From an uncultured Candidatus Woesearchaeota archaeon (GTDB lineage: Archaea > Nanobdellota > Nanobdellia > Woesearchaeales > UBA10107): a DNA stretch of 64,000 nt. Below the pieces are notes generated by a model. The model was not told the DNA's origin, made no database searches, and worked only from the letters and a program-made list of their open reading frames with translations. The position numbers and the translations under genes are program-made. The stretch covers positions 516,530-580,529 of the forward strand of contig CAWIGF010000003.1 in the NCBI GenBank assembly GCA_963835585.1, read 5' to 3'. This document shows, in pieces, positions 38,902-48,337 of the stretch (position 1 is the first letter of the stretch; each line of letters starts with the position of its first letter).

Positions 38902-39687
38902 ATGATGCTATACAGACGGGAAGGTTTTCCTGAGGATGGCGAAATTCTTCTATGCACCGTTACGAAGGTAAATCCCGATTCTGTTTTTGTGCACATCGAT
39001 GAATACGACAAATCAGGAATGATACATATTTCTGAGATAAGCCCGGGAAGGATAAGGAACATAAGGGAATTTGTCGCGGAAGGAAAAGTAATAGTCTGCA
39101 AGGTTCTCAGGGTAAACAAGGAACGCGGCTATATCGACCTCTCATTAAGAAGAGTAAACGAGACATTGAGAAGAAACAAGCTCAACGAGATAAAACAAGA
39201 GCAGAAGGCTGAAAAGATCATAGAGCTGGTTGCGCAAAAAAACAAGAAAGATTTCAGGAAAGTATACAGCGAAATCGCTCCTGCGATACGAAAGGCATAT
39301 GACATGCTGTACCTGGCTTTCACCGATGTCGCGACGGACAAGATACCAATCGATAGCCTGGAAGTTCCAAAGGAATACAAGAAAGACCTTGAGGAGAATA
39401 TCAGGAAGAGATTCAGGCCGGAGAAAATACCGCTAGGAGGAATTTTGAAACTGCACACTTATGCCCCGGATGGCGTCGAGATTGTCAAGAAATTATTGAA
39501 GGAAGTCGAGAAGCTCAAGAACACGACGATACGATACCTCGGAGCCGGATCATACAAGATAAGCATCGATTCAGAGAACGTGAAGAAGGACGAGAAGATT
39601 ATGGATGAGAAGATAGAAGAGGTTCTTGAATCGATAAGGAAACAAGATGGGGATGGAAGCTTCACGAAAGAAGCGGCCGAGCAATGA
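38902..39687 (+). CDS. eif2a: translation initiation factor 2 alpha subunit (aIF2alpha)
   Basis: 261 aa with an S1 domain (PEDGEILLCTVTKVNPDSVFVHIDEYDKSGMIHISEIS). Confidence 0.85.
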   Translation: MMLYRREGFPEDGEILLCTVTKVNPDSVFVHIDEYDKSGMIHISEISPGRIRNIREFVAEGKVIVCKVLRVNKERGYIDLSLRRVNETLRRNKLNEIKQEQKAEKIIELVAQKNKKDFRKVYSEIAPAIRKAYDMLYLAFTDVATDKIPIDSLEVPKEYKKDLEENIRKRFRPEKIPLGGILKLHTYAPDGVEIVKKLLKEVEKLKNTTIRYLGAGSYKISIDSENVKKDEKIMDEKIEEVLESIRKQDGDGSFTKEAAEQ

Positions 39688-39845
39688 CAAGGCATATTCT
39701 CAAATGCGTTGTTTGCGGCTCGTACACGATGAAGGAAATACATTGCGGCAAGAAGACCATCTCTCCGAAGCCGATGAAATATTCTCCCGAGGACAAGTAT
39801 GGAAAGTACAGGAGACAGGTTAAGAAAGAAAAAGGATTGATTTGA
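39684..39845 (+). CDS. nop10: H/ACA snoRNP protein Nop10
   Basis: 53-aa ORF I translated myself (MTRHILKCVVCGSYTMKEIHCGKKTISPKPMKYSPEDKYGKYRRQ...). The L44e-S27e-aIF2a-Nop10 cluster is conserved in archaea. Confidence 0.8.
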   Translation: MTRHILKCVVCGSYTMKEIHCGKKTISPKPMKYSPEDKYGKYRRQVKKEKGLI

Positions 39846-40796
39846 TCAGATGTATTTCATGTAAATAAAAAAGAATTTTCTGAAAGTGTCTTCCATCTTC
39901 TCCAGCAAAAATCTCAGCAGCTTTGGCTTGTGACCGTTATCAAACGCATCCAGCGCATTAAAATAAGGGCCTCGCACGGTTTTCCTTATTATTAGGGGGG
40001 AATAGCCATTCTCCAGAAGAATTGCATTAATCAGAATCCTTCCGACCCTGCCATTCCCGTCCTCAAACGGATGAATCTTCTCAAACCTACCGTGGAATTC
40101 GGAAGCCATCTTAAGCGGATGCTCCTTTCCTTTGTTTTTTTCATACCATAAGACAAGCGCATTCATCTCTTTTTCAACGTCTTCAGGAGGCGTAGTTTTT
40201 ACGTTTCTCATCAAGAGAAAATTTGGTATTTTTTTAAATCCTACTTGAATTCCTGTGTCTTTCACAAGGACGGAATGGAGTTTGATTATATCCGCGATTG
40301 TTATTTTGATTTTGCCGGCAAACAAAAGCTCATTGGCATCCCTTGTATTTTTGGTATCATAAACCTCTCTCAAATCCTTTCCCTTGGGGAGTATGTTGTG
40401 GGAAAAAAACAGAGTTACATCTTTCAAAGTCAGTGAGTTCCCCTCGATTGCATTCGATTCATATGTGAAATTTGCAGTGAATCTATCCAGTATGTCCTTG
40501 AACTGCGCCTTTGTCAAACTTCTGATTATTTGTCTGTATTCAGCCTTGAACAATTCCAACTTCTCTATTTTTTGCTTGGTGAGAACATAATCAGGGATGT
40601 ACTTTGATGAGGCATATTTGGCATATTCCTCTTCCTCTTTTCTTAGAAAGTATTTCTTAGTTTCCGGTCCTTTTGCCTCTTCCGCGCTTTTGACCAGTTT
40701 CGAGGTTTTCTTCACGTTTCCGTTCGGCAGCCTAAATGAATGCTCTGCATACAAGTATTCTTTGCCATTGATTCTTTTCTTTCTTACGCTGACCAT
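39846..40796 (-). CDS. fic: Fic/Doc family protein (AMPylase-type motif HPFEDGNGRVGR)
   Basis: Canonical Fic motif HPFEDGNGRVGRILINAILL. The probable start is the internal M (MVSVRKKRING...), because the upstream in-frame codons cover a palindrome and a TATA-like element. Confidence 0.8.
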   Translation of the reverse strand: MVSVRKKRINGKEYLYAEHSFRLPNGNVKKTSKLVKSAEEAKGPETKKYFLRKEEEEYAKYASSKYIPDYVLTKQKIEKLELFKAEYRQIIRSLTKAQFKDILDRFTANFTYESNAIEGNSLTLKDVTLFFSHNILPKGKDLREVYDTKNTRDANELLFAGKIKITIADIIKLHSVLVKDTGIQVGFKKIPNFLLMRNVKTTPPEDVEKEMNALVLWYEKNKGKEHPLKMASEFHGRFEKIHPFEDGNGRVGRILINAILLENGYSPLIIRKTVRGPYFNALDAFDNGHKPKLLRFLLEKMEDTFRKFFFIYMKYI

Positions 40797-40914
40797 ACTC
40801 TTATTTACCCCTACAAATATATAAATGTTGTGTTTTTGTAGGGGTAAAAGAACCCATCGTCCAGCGAAACCCGGATTTGACAATATTTAAATAATAGTTT
40901 CTTTTTGCTGTTGC

Positions 40915-42039
40915 ATGGTCGATATAACAGATAAGGGTTTACGAATAAAATTAGAAAGAGAAGTTGACGAATCGTATTACATAGATATTGGTTCTGACTT
41001 GTTTCCAAGAATTGCGCAGGATATAAAAGAAAACAAGGAAGAAAGAAGAATCGCGATACTTACAGATGATAATTTGGTTCGGGTGGGCCATGTGAGTGCG
41101 CTGCAAAATGAATTAAGCAAACAGGGCTTGTCTTCAAGTGTATTTTCAGCAAAGGCAGGGGAGGAATACAAAACAATTGGAGTTTGTGAGCAAATAGCTG
41201 ATCAATTGTCCGAAGCCAGTTATGGAAGGGATACATTGATTCTAGCTCTTGGCGGAGGTGTCGTTGGAGACCGTTCCGGATTCATCGCAGCAAGCTTCAA
41301 CAGAGGAGTTCCTTATTACCAAATACCTACAACAACCATCTCAATAGCGGATTCGTCAGTCGGCGGCAAGACAGGAGTTGATACGAATCACGGAAAAAAT
41401 CTATTTGGCGCATTCAAGCAGCCAGACAAAGTCTATATTGATGTCAAAACATTGCGTACTCTCCCTAGAGAAGAATACATATCCGGATTGGTTGAAACAA
41501 TCAAGCACGGAATAATCCAGGACAAATCATTCTTTGAATTTTTGGAAAATCATGTAGATGAGCTACTTCGCCTTGATTTAGAAGTTCTTGAACATATTGC
41601 AAATGAAAACTGCAGGATAAAGGGGACTGTTGTGGAGCAGGATCCACACGAAAAAGGAGTGAGAAGGATACTTAATTACGGTCATACAATGGGGCACGCA
41701 ATTGAAAGGGCAATGAACTATAAGATGCGCCATGGAGACTGCGTTGCAATCGGAAAAGGGCCTGCTGGATACATAGCCAACAAAGGATATGGATTTCCCT
41801 CTGTCGATCTAGAAAGGCAGGAACAACTGCTTATCAAAATAGGTCTTCCGACAAGAATACCGAGCGGCATAACTGATGACGAGCTTTTGAAAATAACGAC
41901 AATTGACAAAAAGGCAAAAGGCGGCTCTGCACGATACTGTCTCCCGAAAAAAATAGGAGAGATGCATGAATTTTCAGGAGCATATGCAACTTACGTTGAT
42001 GAATCATTGATAAGAGAAGCACTGAAACAATACAGATAA
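40915..42039 (+). CDS. 3-dehydroquinate synthase family (AroB-type sugar-phosphate cyclase)
   Basis: 374 aa with the DHQS core (LGGGVVGDRSGFIAASFNRGVPYYQIPTTTISIADSSVGGKTGVDTNHGKNLFGAFKQP), metal-binding His (NYGHTMGHAIE) and a trailing His further downstream (KMRHGD). Confidence 0.7.
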   Translation: MVDITDKGLRIKLEREVDESYYIDIGSDLFPRIAQDIKENKEERRIAILTDDNLVRVGHVSALQNELSKQGLSSSVFSAKAGEEYKTIGVCEQIADQLSEASYGRDTLILALGGGVVGDRSGFIAASFNRGVPYYQIPTTTISIADSSVGGKTGVDTNHGKNLFGAFKQPDKVYIDVKTLRTLPREEYISGLVETIKHGIIQDKSFFEFLENHVDELLRLDLEVLEHIANENCRIKGTVVEQDPHEKGVRRILNYGHTMGHAIERAMNYKMRHGDCVAIGKGPAGYIANKGYGFPSVDLERQEQLLIKIGLPTRIPSGITDDELLKITTIDKKAKGGSARYCLPKKIGEMHEFSGAYATYVDESLIREALKQYR

Positions 42040-42052
42040 CTTAAAATAATCA

Positions 42053-42808
42053 CTAAGAACTAGCTGTTATTAATTTAACGCCCTGCGTCAACTTTGGAAA
42101 ATCTCCCTTCATACCTATTTTTTCAAGAATATCTTTTAACGTAGATGGATTGTCAATACCGGATTGGGATGCGTCTTGAACATTCTTTCCAGTATTATAA
42201 AAATCAATCGTTACTTCTCCGTCATAGGCTCTGAGTGTTGCATCATAATTGGTTCCACTTGAATAGTGATCGTGCACATAATCTTGTGGGTTAAGTCCCA
42301 CATGAACAAAAGTCAGTTCATAATTTTCTTTTGGAGTAACCAAGACTGTATCTTTAACTGTAGCAATATCCTGTCTTGATTCCGCGTCAGCCAAAGAAAC
42401 TTTGAAATAACGCCAAGCAGGGTCAAAAAATCTTGAAGGATGCATTATTCCAAGCAGAGGACTTTCCTCAGGCCAAAGGAAGTGATGTTCTATTTTCACA
42501 CCCATTTTTGGTTGTCCGTAACCGCATTCTAGCGAAGAGAACGGATGGATTTTATTAATTGCGGACTCGCCTGCAATCTTTTCCAACAAGGAACAAAAGT
42601 CCTTGTCCTTATACATATCACGAACCATACAGTAGTTTTCTCTCATATGTTTATGTTTAACATTGAATATCGAGTCAATTAAATCATAAAAGGATTGAGG
42701 AGCAGTCGCACGCATTTCCACCGATAGCTTCAAAGAAGTTGCTGAAATAGCGTCAACTAGTTGCCGCAACTGTGATTCGCTGTCATAAGTGAATTTGAAC
42801 TCATTCAT
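42053..42808 (-). CDS. hypothetical protein
   Basis: 251-aa ORF convergent with the AroB-like gene. No recognisable motif. Confidence 0.35.
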   Translation of the reverse strand: MNEFKFTYDSESQLRQLVDAISATSLKLSVEMRATAPQSFYDLIDSIFNVKHKHMRENYCMVRDMYKDKDFCSLLEKIAGESAINKIHPFSSLECGYGQPKMGVKIEHHFLWPEESPLLGIMHPSRFFDPAWRYFKVSLADAESRQDIATVKDTVLVTPKENYELTFVHVGLNPQDYVHDHYSSGTNYDATLRAYDGEVTIDFYNTGKNVQDASQSGIDNPSTLKDILEKIGMKGDFPKLTQGVKLITASS

Positions 42809-42940
42809 GGTTCCTCCAAAATGAACTTTTATTTAAGCCTTTTTATAATATAAGGCCTGTTAATCTAGAAAAAACAACTAATCCCATTGTAAATCCGACC
42901 TCATCTAAAGCTTTATTAATATCAGGCTCTGAAAAAATGC

Positions 42941-43273
42941 ATGGCAACATACGATGATTTTCAAAAATTGGACATTCGCGTCGGAAAGATTGTCGAAGTT
43001 GAAGACTTCCCTGAAGCTAAAAAGCCAGCATACAAGCTAAAAATAGACTTGGGGAATGAGATTGGAATCAAGAAATCAACGGCGCAACTCGTCAAAAACT
43101 ACAATAAAACTGAATTAAAGGGAAAATTGGTTCTCTGCGTTGTCAACTTTCCTCCAAGGCAGATAGGGCCTGCAACATCTGAAATTCTCACTCTTGGCGT
43201 TCCTGATAATGAAGGTCAATGCGTTCTCATACAGCCTGAACGAAATGTTCCGATTGGCGGCAGGCTTTACTGA
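42941..43273 (+). CDS. tRNA-binding domain protein (CsaA/Trbp111/EMAP-II-like OB fold)
   Basis: 110 aa (LDIRVGKIVEVEDFPEAKKPAYKLKIDLG...). Confidence 0.7.
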   Translation: MATYDDFQKLDIRVGKIVEVEDFPEAKKPAYKLKIDLGNEIGIKKSTAQLVKNYNKTELKGKLVLCVVNFPPRQIGPATSEILTLGVPDNEGQCVLIQPERNVPIGGRLY

Positions 43274-43275
43274 TA

Positions 43276-43722
43276 ATGGAGATAATCCTAGCAGATAAAC
43301 GTTATGCGAACCAGGCAGCAAATCTTCTTTTGAAAGCGTTCTTCGGTTCGTTCAGCCAGGCGAAAAAAGAAATTGAAGAAAAAATAAAGTCAAGGGAGTG
43401 CTATCTTGCAATAAAAAATAATAGAATTGTAGGCATGTTTTTGTACGCACGAAATTACTCGCACTACGCAAACTACCTTGAAGAGCTTCTTGTGCAAAAA
43501 AAATACAGAAGAAAAGGTATTGCGATGGCACTCCTGGAAAAATTCGTCGAGATAAGCAAAAAAGAGCAGCCAAAAAAACAACGCTATGTTCTGAGTAGCA
43601 CAAATAAAAATAACAAGGCATCGATCAATATGCATCTTAAATTTGGATTCAAGAAATCAGGAATAGTGCATAATCTGCACTATGGAAATGACGAGATGTT
43701 TTTCGTCTACAAACTGCGTTAA
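43276..43722 (+). CDS. GNAT family N-acetyltransferase
   Basis: 148 aa with a GNAT motif A region (LLVQKKYRRKGIAMALLEKFV). Confidence 0.6.
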   Translation: MEIILADKRYANQAANLLLKAFFGSFSQAKKEIEEKIKSRECYLAIKNNRIVGMFLYARNYSHYANYLEELLVQKKYRRKGIAMALLEKFVEISKKEQPKKQRYVLSSTNKNNKASINMHLKFGFKKSGIVHNLHYGNDEMFFVYKLR

Positions 43723-43754
43723 CTTTATAAAACATACATCATTATCAGTTCTTT

Positions 43755-44984
43755 ATGATTATTAGAAAAATAAGAGGGAGGGAAGTTCTTGATTCAAGAG
43801 GGAATCCGACTGTCGAAGTAGAGTTGCGCACTTCAAAGTGCATCGCAAGAGCAATAGTTCCAAGCGGCGCAAGCACTGGAATCCATGAAGCTCTTGAATT
43901 GAGGGATGGGCAGAAAAACAGATTCTTCGGAAAGGGCGTATTAAATGCAGTAAATAACGTAAATGTCCTTGGAAAGCAAATCACAAATAAAAAAATAACA
44001 GTGCAGGAGATTGACTCATATCTTATCAAGAAAGACGGAACCAAGAACAAATCGACATACGGCGCGAACGCAATTTTGGGAATCAGCCTGGCTGCAACTA
44101 AAGCACAGGCAATGGAAAATAATTCCTCTTTGTACAAAGAATTTGCGAAAATTGCGAAAAACAAAAAAATGATGCTTCCAAAACCATTCTTCAACGTCAT
44201 AAATGGAGGAGCGCATGCAGGAAATCATCTCGATTTCCAGGAGTACATGCTTGTTCCGCAGGCAAAGACGTTCAGGGAAAATCTCAGGATGGGTTCTGAG
44301 ATTTATCATGAATTAAAACAAATTCTGCTGAAAAAATACGGCAAGAGCGCAATCAATGTCGGCGATGAGGGAGGATTTGCACCCCCTTTGACAATGATTG
44401 AGGAGCCTATTGATTTCATCCTTGATGCCGCGAAGGAATTAGGCTATGAAAAACAAGTGAAAATAGGAATTGATGCTGCTGCATCCCAGTTCAAGGTAGA
44501 AAAAGATTATGTTGTTGAGAGAAAATCACGTTCGCCGTTCGAGATGGTCGACATCTACAAGGAACTGGCTGCAACATATCCTGTGATCTCCATCGAGGAT
44601 CCGTTCGCTGAGGATGATTGGGATAGCTTCTATGTCCTTACGAAAGAGATGGGAAACAAAATTCAGATCGTAGGCGATGATCTATTGGTTACAAACAAGG
44701 AACGGATACAGAAAGCGATTGATCTTAAGAGCTGCAATTCGTTGCTGCTAAAGATGAATCAAGTTGGGACTGTTACAGAATCGATAGCTGCCGCCAATCT
44801 CGCGTTCAAGCATAAATGGAAAGTAATGGTTAGCCATAGAAGCGGAGAAACGGAAGATACTAGCATAGCTGACTTGAGTGTCGGGCTTGGAACAGGCCAG
44901 ATAAAATCAGGAGCTCCTGCACGAGGAGAAAGGACTGCCAAATACAATCAACTATTGAGGATTGAAGAAGAGCTAAAGAAATGA
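43755..44984 (+). CDS. eno: enolase (phosphopyruvate hydratase)
   Basis: 409 aa with canonical enolase motifs (EVLDSRGNPTVEVEL; SHRSGETEDT; GAPARGERTAKYNQLLRIEE). Confidence 0.95.
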   Translation: MIIRKIRGREVLDSRGNPTVEVELRTSKCIARAIVPSGASTGIHEALELRDGQKNRFFGKGVLNAVNNVNVLGKQITNKKITVQEIDSYLIKKDGTKNKSTYGANAILGISLAATKAQAMENNSSLYKEFAKIAKNKKMMLPKPFFNVINGGAHAGNHLDFQEYMLVPQAKTFRENLRMGSEIYHELKQILLKKYGKSAINVGDEGGFAPPLTMIEEPIDFILDAAKELGYEKQVKIGIDAAASQFKVEKDYVVERKSRSPFEMVDIYKELAATYPVISIEDPFAEDDWDSFYVLTKEMGNKIQIVGDDLLVTNKERIQKAIDLKSCNSLLLKMNQVGTVTESIAAANLAFKHKWKVMVSHRSGETEDTSIADLSVGLGTGQIKSGAPARGERTAKYNQLLRIEEELKK

Positions 44985-45484
44985 AGATGATTGAAAAAAT
45001 AACCATAAGGCCACAAAATATTTCAGATGCAAAAAGATTTTATGAAATCCTGAATAATAAAAATTTTAAGTATTTCCCAGTAAGACCAAAAAGTATTGCA
45101 GCCGAAAGAAAGTTCATAAAGGCCCAAAAGAAAAAAAGAAAGAATAATTATGCATATGATTATTCAATATTGCTTAACGGAAAACTTGTTGGTGCAGTCG
45201 GAATAAAAATAAACCAACAAAGAAAGTTTATAGGCGAAATCGGTTATTTCATTGATGAGAAATATTGGGGAAAAGGAATCACAACCAAGGCAGTAAAAAG
45301 TCTAGAGAAGATTGCTTTTAAAAAACTGAAAATAAGACGAATTGAGATAATAATGTACCCAATGAACAAGGCCAGTGAGAAAGTTGCGATAAAATGTGGA
45401 TATAAAAAAGAAGGGCTCATGAAAAAAGCAGTTGCACACTTCAATACATATCGTGATGTTTTTCTATATGCGAAGGTAAAATGA
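44981..45484 (+). CDS. GNAT family N-acetyltransferase (RimL/RimJ-like)
   Basis: 167 aa (YWGKGITTKAVKSLEKIAF...KASEKVAIKCGYKKEG). Confidence 0.6.
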   Translation: MKMIEKITIRPQNISDAKRFYEILNNKNFKYFPVRPKSIAAERKFIKAQKKKRKNNYAYDYSILLNGKLVGAVGIKINQQRKFIGEIGYFIDEKYWGKGITTKAVKSLEKIAFKKLKIRRIEIIMYPMNKASEKVAIKCGYKKEGLMKKAVAHFNTYRDVFLYAKVK

Positions 45485-46056
45485 AACTCCATATCTATTT
45501 GTTCAGGCACGGCCAGACTACATTCAATAGAGACAAGAGATTCACAGGCTGGCTCGACGCAAAACTGACAAAATTAGGAAAGCAGCAGGCAAGAATAGTC
45601 GCAAAAAAACTGAAAAACAAGAAGTTTGATGTCGCATACTCAAGTGATTTGAGCAGATGCAAGGATACATTGAATGAAGTTCTCAAATATCACAAGGAAT
45701 GCAGAATGACAATTATTGACAAACGATTGAGAGAAAGAAGATATGGAAAATTGCAAGGACTGCGTCACAAGGACATAATCAAGAAATACGGGCAGAAACA
45801 ATTCGATATCTGGCATCGTTCATACGATGTTCCTCCTCCCAACGGAGAATCAATAAAGATGGTCGAGAAAAGGGTCATGTCGTTCGTGAGAGAATTGATG
45901 AAAACAATGAAAGAGGACAAAGTCAACGTCGCGATTTCCGCTTCTGGAAATTCAATGAGACCCATGAGAAAGTATTTCGAGCATTTGACGATAAAACAAA
46001 TGATGAGACTGGAGAATCCATGGGATAACTATTTCGAGTATATAATCAACACATGA
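45481..46056 (+). CDS. histidine phosphatase / phosphoglycerate mutase family protein
   Basis: 191 aa with the RHG catalytic motif (LFRHGQTTFN). It lies adjacent to enolase. Confidence 0.65.
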   Translation: MKLHIYLFRHGQTTFNRDKRFTGWLDAKLTKLGKQQARIVAKKLKNKKFDVAYSSDLSRCKDTLNEVLKYHKECRMTIIDKRLRERRYGKLQGLRHKDIIKKYGQKQFDIWHRSYDVPPPNGESIKMVEKRVMSFVRELMKTMKEDKVNVAISASGNSMRPMRKYFEHLTIKQMMRLENPWDNYFEYIINT

Positions 46057-46102
46057 TTCTACCGAAAAGTATATAAACAAGTGTTGTTACGTATAAACTA
46101 TA

Positions 46103-46648
46103 ATGGATAAGTATAAACTAAAGTTTACAAAACTCCAAAATGAAATATTCAGGTTGATGTGCATCAAATCAGGAAACGCACTTAACAAAAGAGAGATTGC
46201 AAACCTTCTTGATGTTTCTCCTACAGCGATCGCGAAAGCACTAGTCGCGTTAGAGAAAGAGAATCTTGTAAAAGTTGAGAAAATAAAAGGAATGAATTTA
46301 ACCCATATTGAATTAAACAGAGACAATCAAAATGCGTTGCTTATGAAGCGGACGGAGAATTTGAAACAAATATATGAATCGGGATTTGCAGAATTTCTTG
46401 AAGAAAATTTCCCAGGAACGACAATTATTTTATTCGGGAGCTATTCCCGGGGGGATGATACAATAACGTCGGATATAGATATGGCGGTAATTGAGGCGAA
46501 AGCAAAAAAAATAAACATAGATGTTTTTGAAAAGATACTTGAGAGAGAGATAAGAATAAATTATTATGATTCATTCAGAGGAATAAACAAAGAGTTGAAG
46601 GAGAACATATGCAACGGGATAGTTCTTGCTGGAGGCATACGATTGTGA
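46103..46648 (+). CDS. minimal nucleotidyltransferase (MNT) with N-terminal wHTH
   Basis: 181 aa with the nucleotidyltransferase motif ILFGSYSRGDDTITSDIDMAVI. Confidence 0.65.
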   Translation: MDKYKLKFTKLQNEIFRLMCIKSGNALNKREIANLLDVSPTAIAKALVALEKENLVKVEKIKGMNLTHIELNRDNQNALLMKRTENLKQIYESGFAEFLEENFPGTTIILFGSYSRGDDTITSDIDMAVIEAKAKKINIDVFEKILEREIRINYYDSFRGINKELKENICNGIVLAGGIRL

Positions 46649-47094
46649 AACCAATAAAAGAATTTGAGGAATATATCTTCAATGGAACTGTCAAGAAGCA
46701 GGCAATTGATGTTTCACGGGCGGAATCATTAAGGAAAGATTCAGAGACATCTTATTTAATCGTACATGAAATGATAAATAAGCTCGGATTGGATGACAGA
46801 AATGCTAATACAATAATAAAAATCAGTTATGATACAATTATGGATGCCATTAGAGCGAAGATGTTAAGCAATGGATTTAATTCATCTGGCCAAGGTGCTC
46901 ATGAAGCGGAAGTATCATATCTACGAAAACTTAACATCTCAGAAAATGATGTCCAATTCTGTGACCAGCTCAGATATTTCAGGAATAGAATAATGTATTA
47001 CGGAAAAGTCCTTGACAAAGAATATGCAGAGAAAGTTGTTTCATTTCTTGACAAAGTATGCAAAGAACTACATAAAGGAAGTAAAAAACCATGA
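46609..47094 (+). CDS. HEPN-domain protein (partner of MNT)
   Basis: 161-aa ORF overlapping the MNT gene. It is helical and has an R-x-x-x-x-R/Y motif near the C-terminus (RYFRNRIMYYG). A GTG at 46636 is a possible alternative start. Confidence 0.4.
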   Translation: MQRDSSCWRHTIVKPIKEFEEYIFNGTVKKQAIDVSRAESLRKDSETSYLIVHEMINKLGLDDRNANTIIKISYDTIMDAIRAKMLSNGFNSSGQGAHEAEVSYLRKLNISENDVQFCDQLRYFRNRIMYYGKVLDKEYAEKVVSFLDKVCKELHKGSKKP

Positions 47095-47756
47095 AACTCT
47101 CGCATCTCAAGGGAAAAGTCCCTGAACTTCTTTATGACATTTTGCAGAAGAAAGGCATAACAGAATTAAGGCCTGCACAGGAAAAAGCAATCAAGGCCGA
47201 GCTTCTCAATAGGAAAAATCTTCTAATCTGTACTCCAACTTCGTCCGGAAAAACTTTAGTCGCTGAGCTCGCCGCGTTCAACTCCATATTTACACATAGA
47301 GGCAAGGCAATTTACATTGCCCCGTTGAAATCACTTGCTACTGAAAAATACAAGGAGTTCAAGGAATTCTATGGAAAAAACGCGAAAATAGGATTGAGCA
47401 TAGGCGACGTCGACGAGATCGACCCAAGACTCAATGACTACGATTTCATAATTCTGACGAGCGAAAAAGCGGATTCATTGCTCAGGCATAAGGTAGATTG
47501 GATAATAGATGTCGCAGTAGTCATCATCGATGAAATACATTTGCTGAATGATTCAAGCAGGGGTCCTACTCTCGAAATCTTGATAACAATACTGAAAGAG
47601 AAATTGAAGAATGTGCAGATAATAGGGCTTTCAGCCACTATAGGAAATCCAGAGGAGCTCTCTAAATGGCTGAACGCAACATTGATTATCGATGACTGGC
47701 GTCCTGTAAAATTATACAAAGGAACTTATATGCAGGGAAAAGTCGAGTTAGAGTAA
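47091..47756 (+). pseudogene. truncated Hel308/Ski2-like DNA helicase (RecA1 domain only)
   Basis: 221 aa. Motifs Q, I (CTPTSSGKT), Ia and II (DEIHLL) are present, and the ORF stops after motif III (GLSATIGN). About 500 aa of the expected protein are missing. Confidence 0.55.
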
Positions 47757-47760
47757 AAAA

Positions 47761-48327
47761 TTACCTGTGTCTCCTGTAGAAGTCAGCAAGAAAGAAATTC
47801 TTTCCAAATGCCAAACAAGGTATTCCAACCAGAACAAAGCAGAGCACGAAATACACTGCGCCGAAAACAATCGATTTGAGCAATGCGAAAAGGTATTCAA
47901 CAACATGTACTGTGACAACTTTGTATGCCCTATTAATGTCCCACAATGATTCAAACGTTTCCTTCATAAAGAAGTTTATCATCAGCCATGGTAAAAGGAA
48001 AATTACAGAGAGTACTGTCACAAGCTCTCCAATCAAAGGAACCATGTTCATCACCATTAATGCTACGATTGTAGGTATCATGAAGACTAAAATGAAGATG
48101 CCTTCCTTGAAATTCTGCCAGAAGCTTCCGAATGCAGGAAGTTGCTCTGTATTCCCTGAGACAAGCGATTTCACAATCTTTTTGCTATAGCCGCCTAACG
48201 CGAACCATCCGAAGATTGGCAGCAATACCCAGAGAATATTCCATAACCTCGAAGGTTTTCCCCATGGATAGCTGAAGCCCGACTTGAAACTTCGTTTGAA
48301 TTCTTCTTTCGTCATTTTTTCGCTCAT
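47761..48327 (-). CDS. hypothetical membrane protein (4 TM)
   Basis: 188 aa with hydrophobic helices. Confidence 0.4.
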   Translation of the reverse strand: MSEKMTKEEFKRSFKSGFSYPWGKPSRLWNILWVLLPIFGWFALGGYSKKIVKSLVSGNTEQLPAFGSFWQNFKEGIFILVFMIPTIVALMVMNMVPLIGELVTVLSVIFLLPWLMINFFMKETFESLWDINRAYKVVTVHVVEYLFALLKSIVFGAVYFVLCFVLVGIPCLAFGKNFFLADFYRRHR

Positions 48328-48337
48328 TTTCTATGCC

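Noticed and set aside
40797-40883. N-terminal 29 aa of the longest Fic-1 ORF (MSNPGFAGRWVLLPLQKHNIYIFVGVNKS)
   Set aside because: These codons cover a 13-bp inverted repeat and a TATATAAA box. This is more likely promoter or operator than coding.
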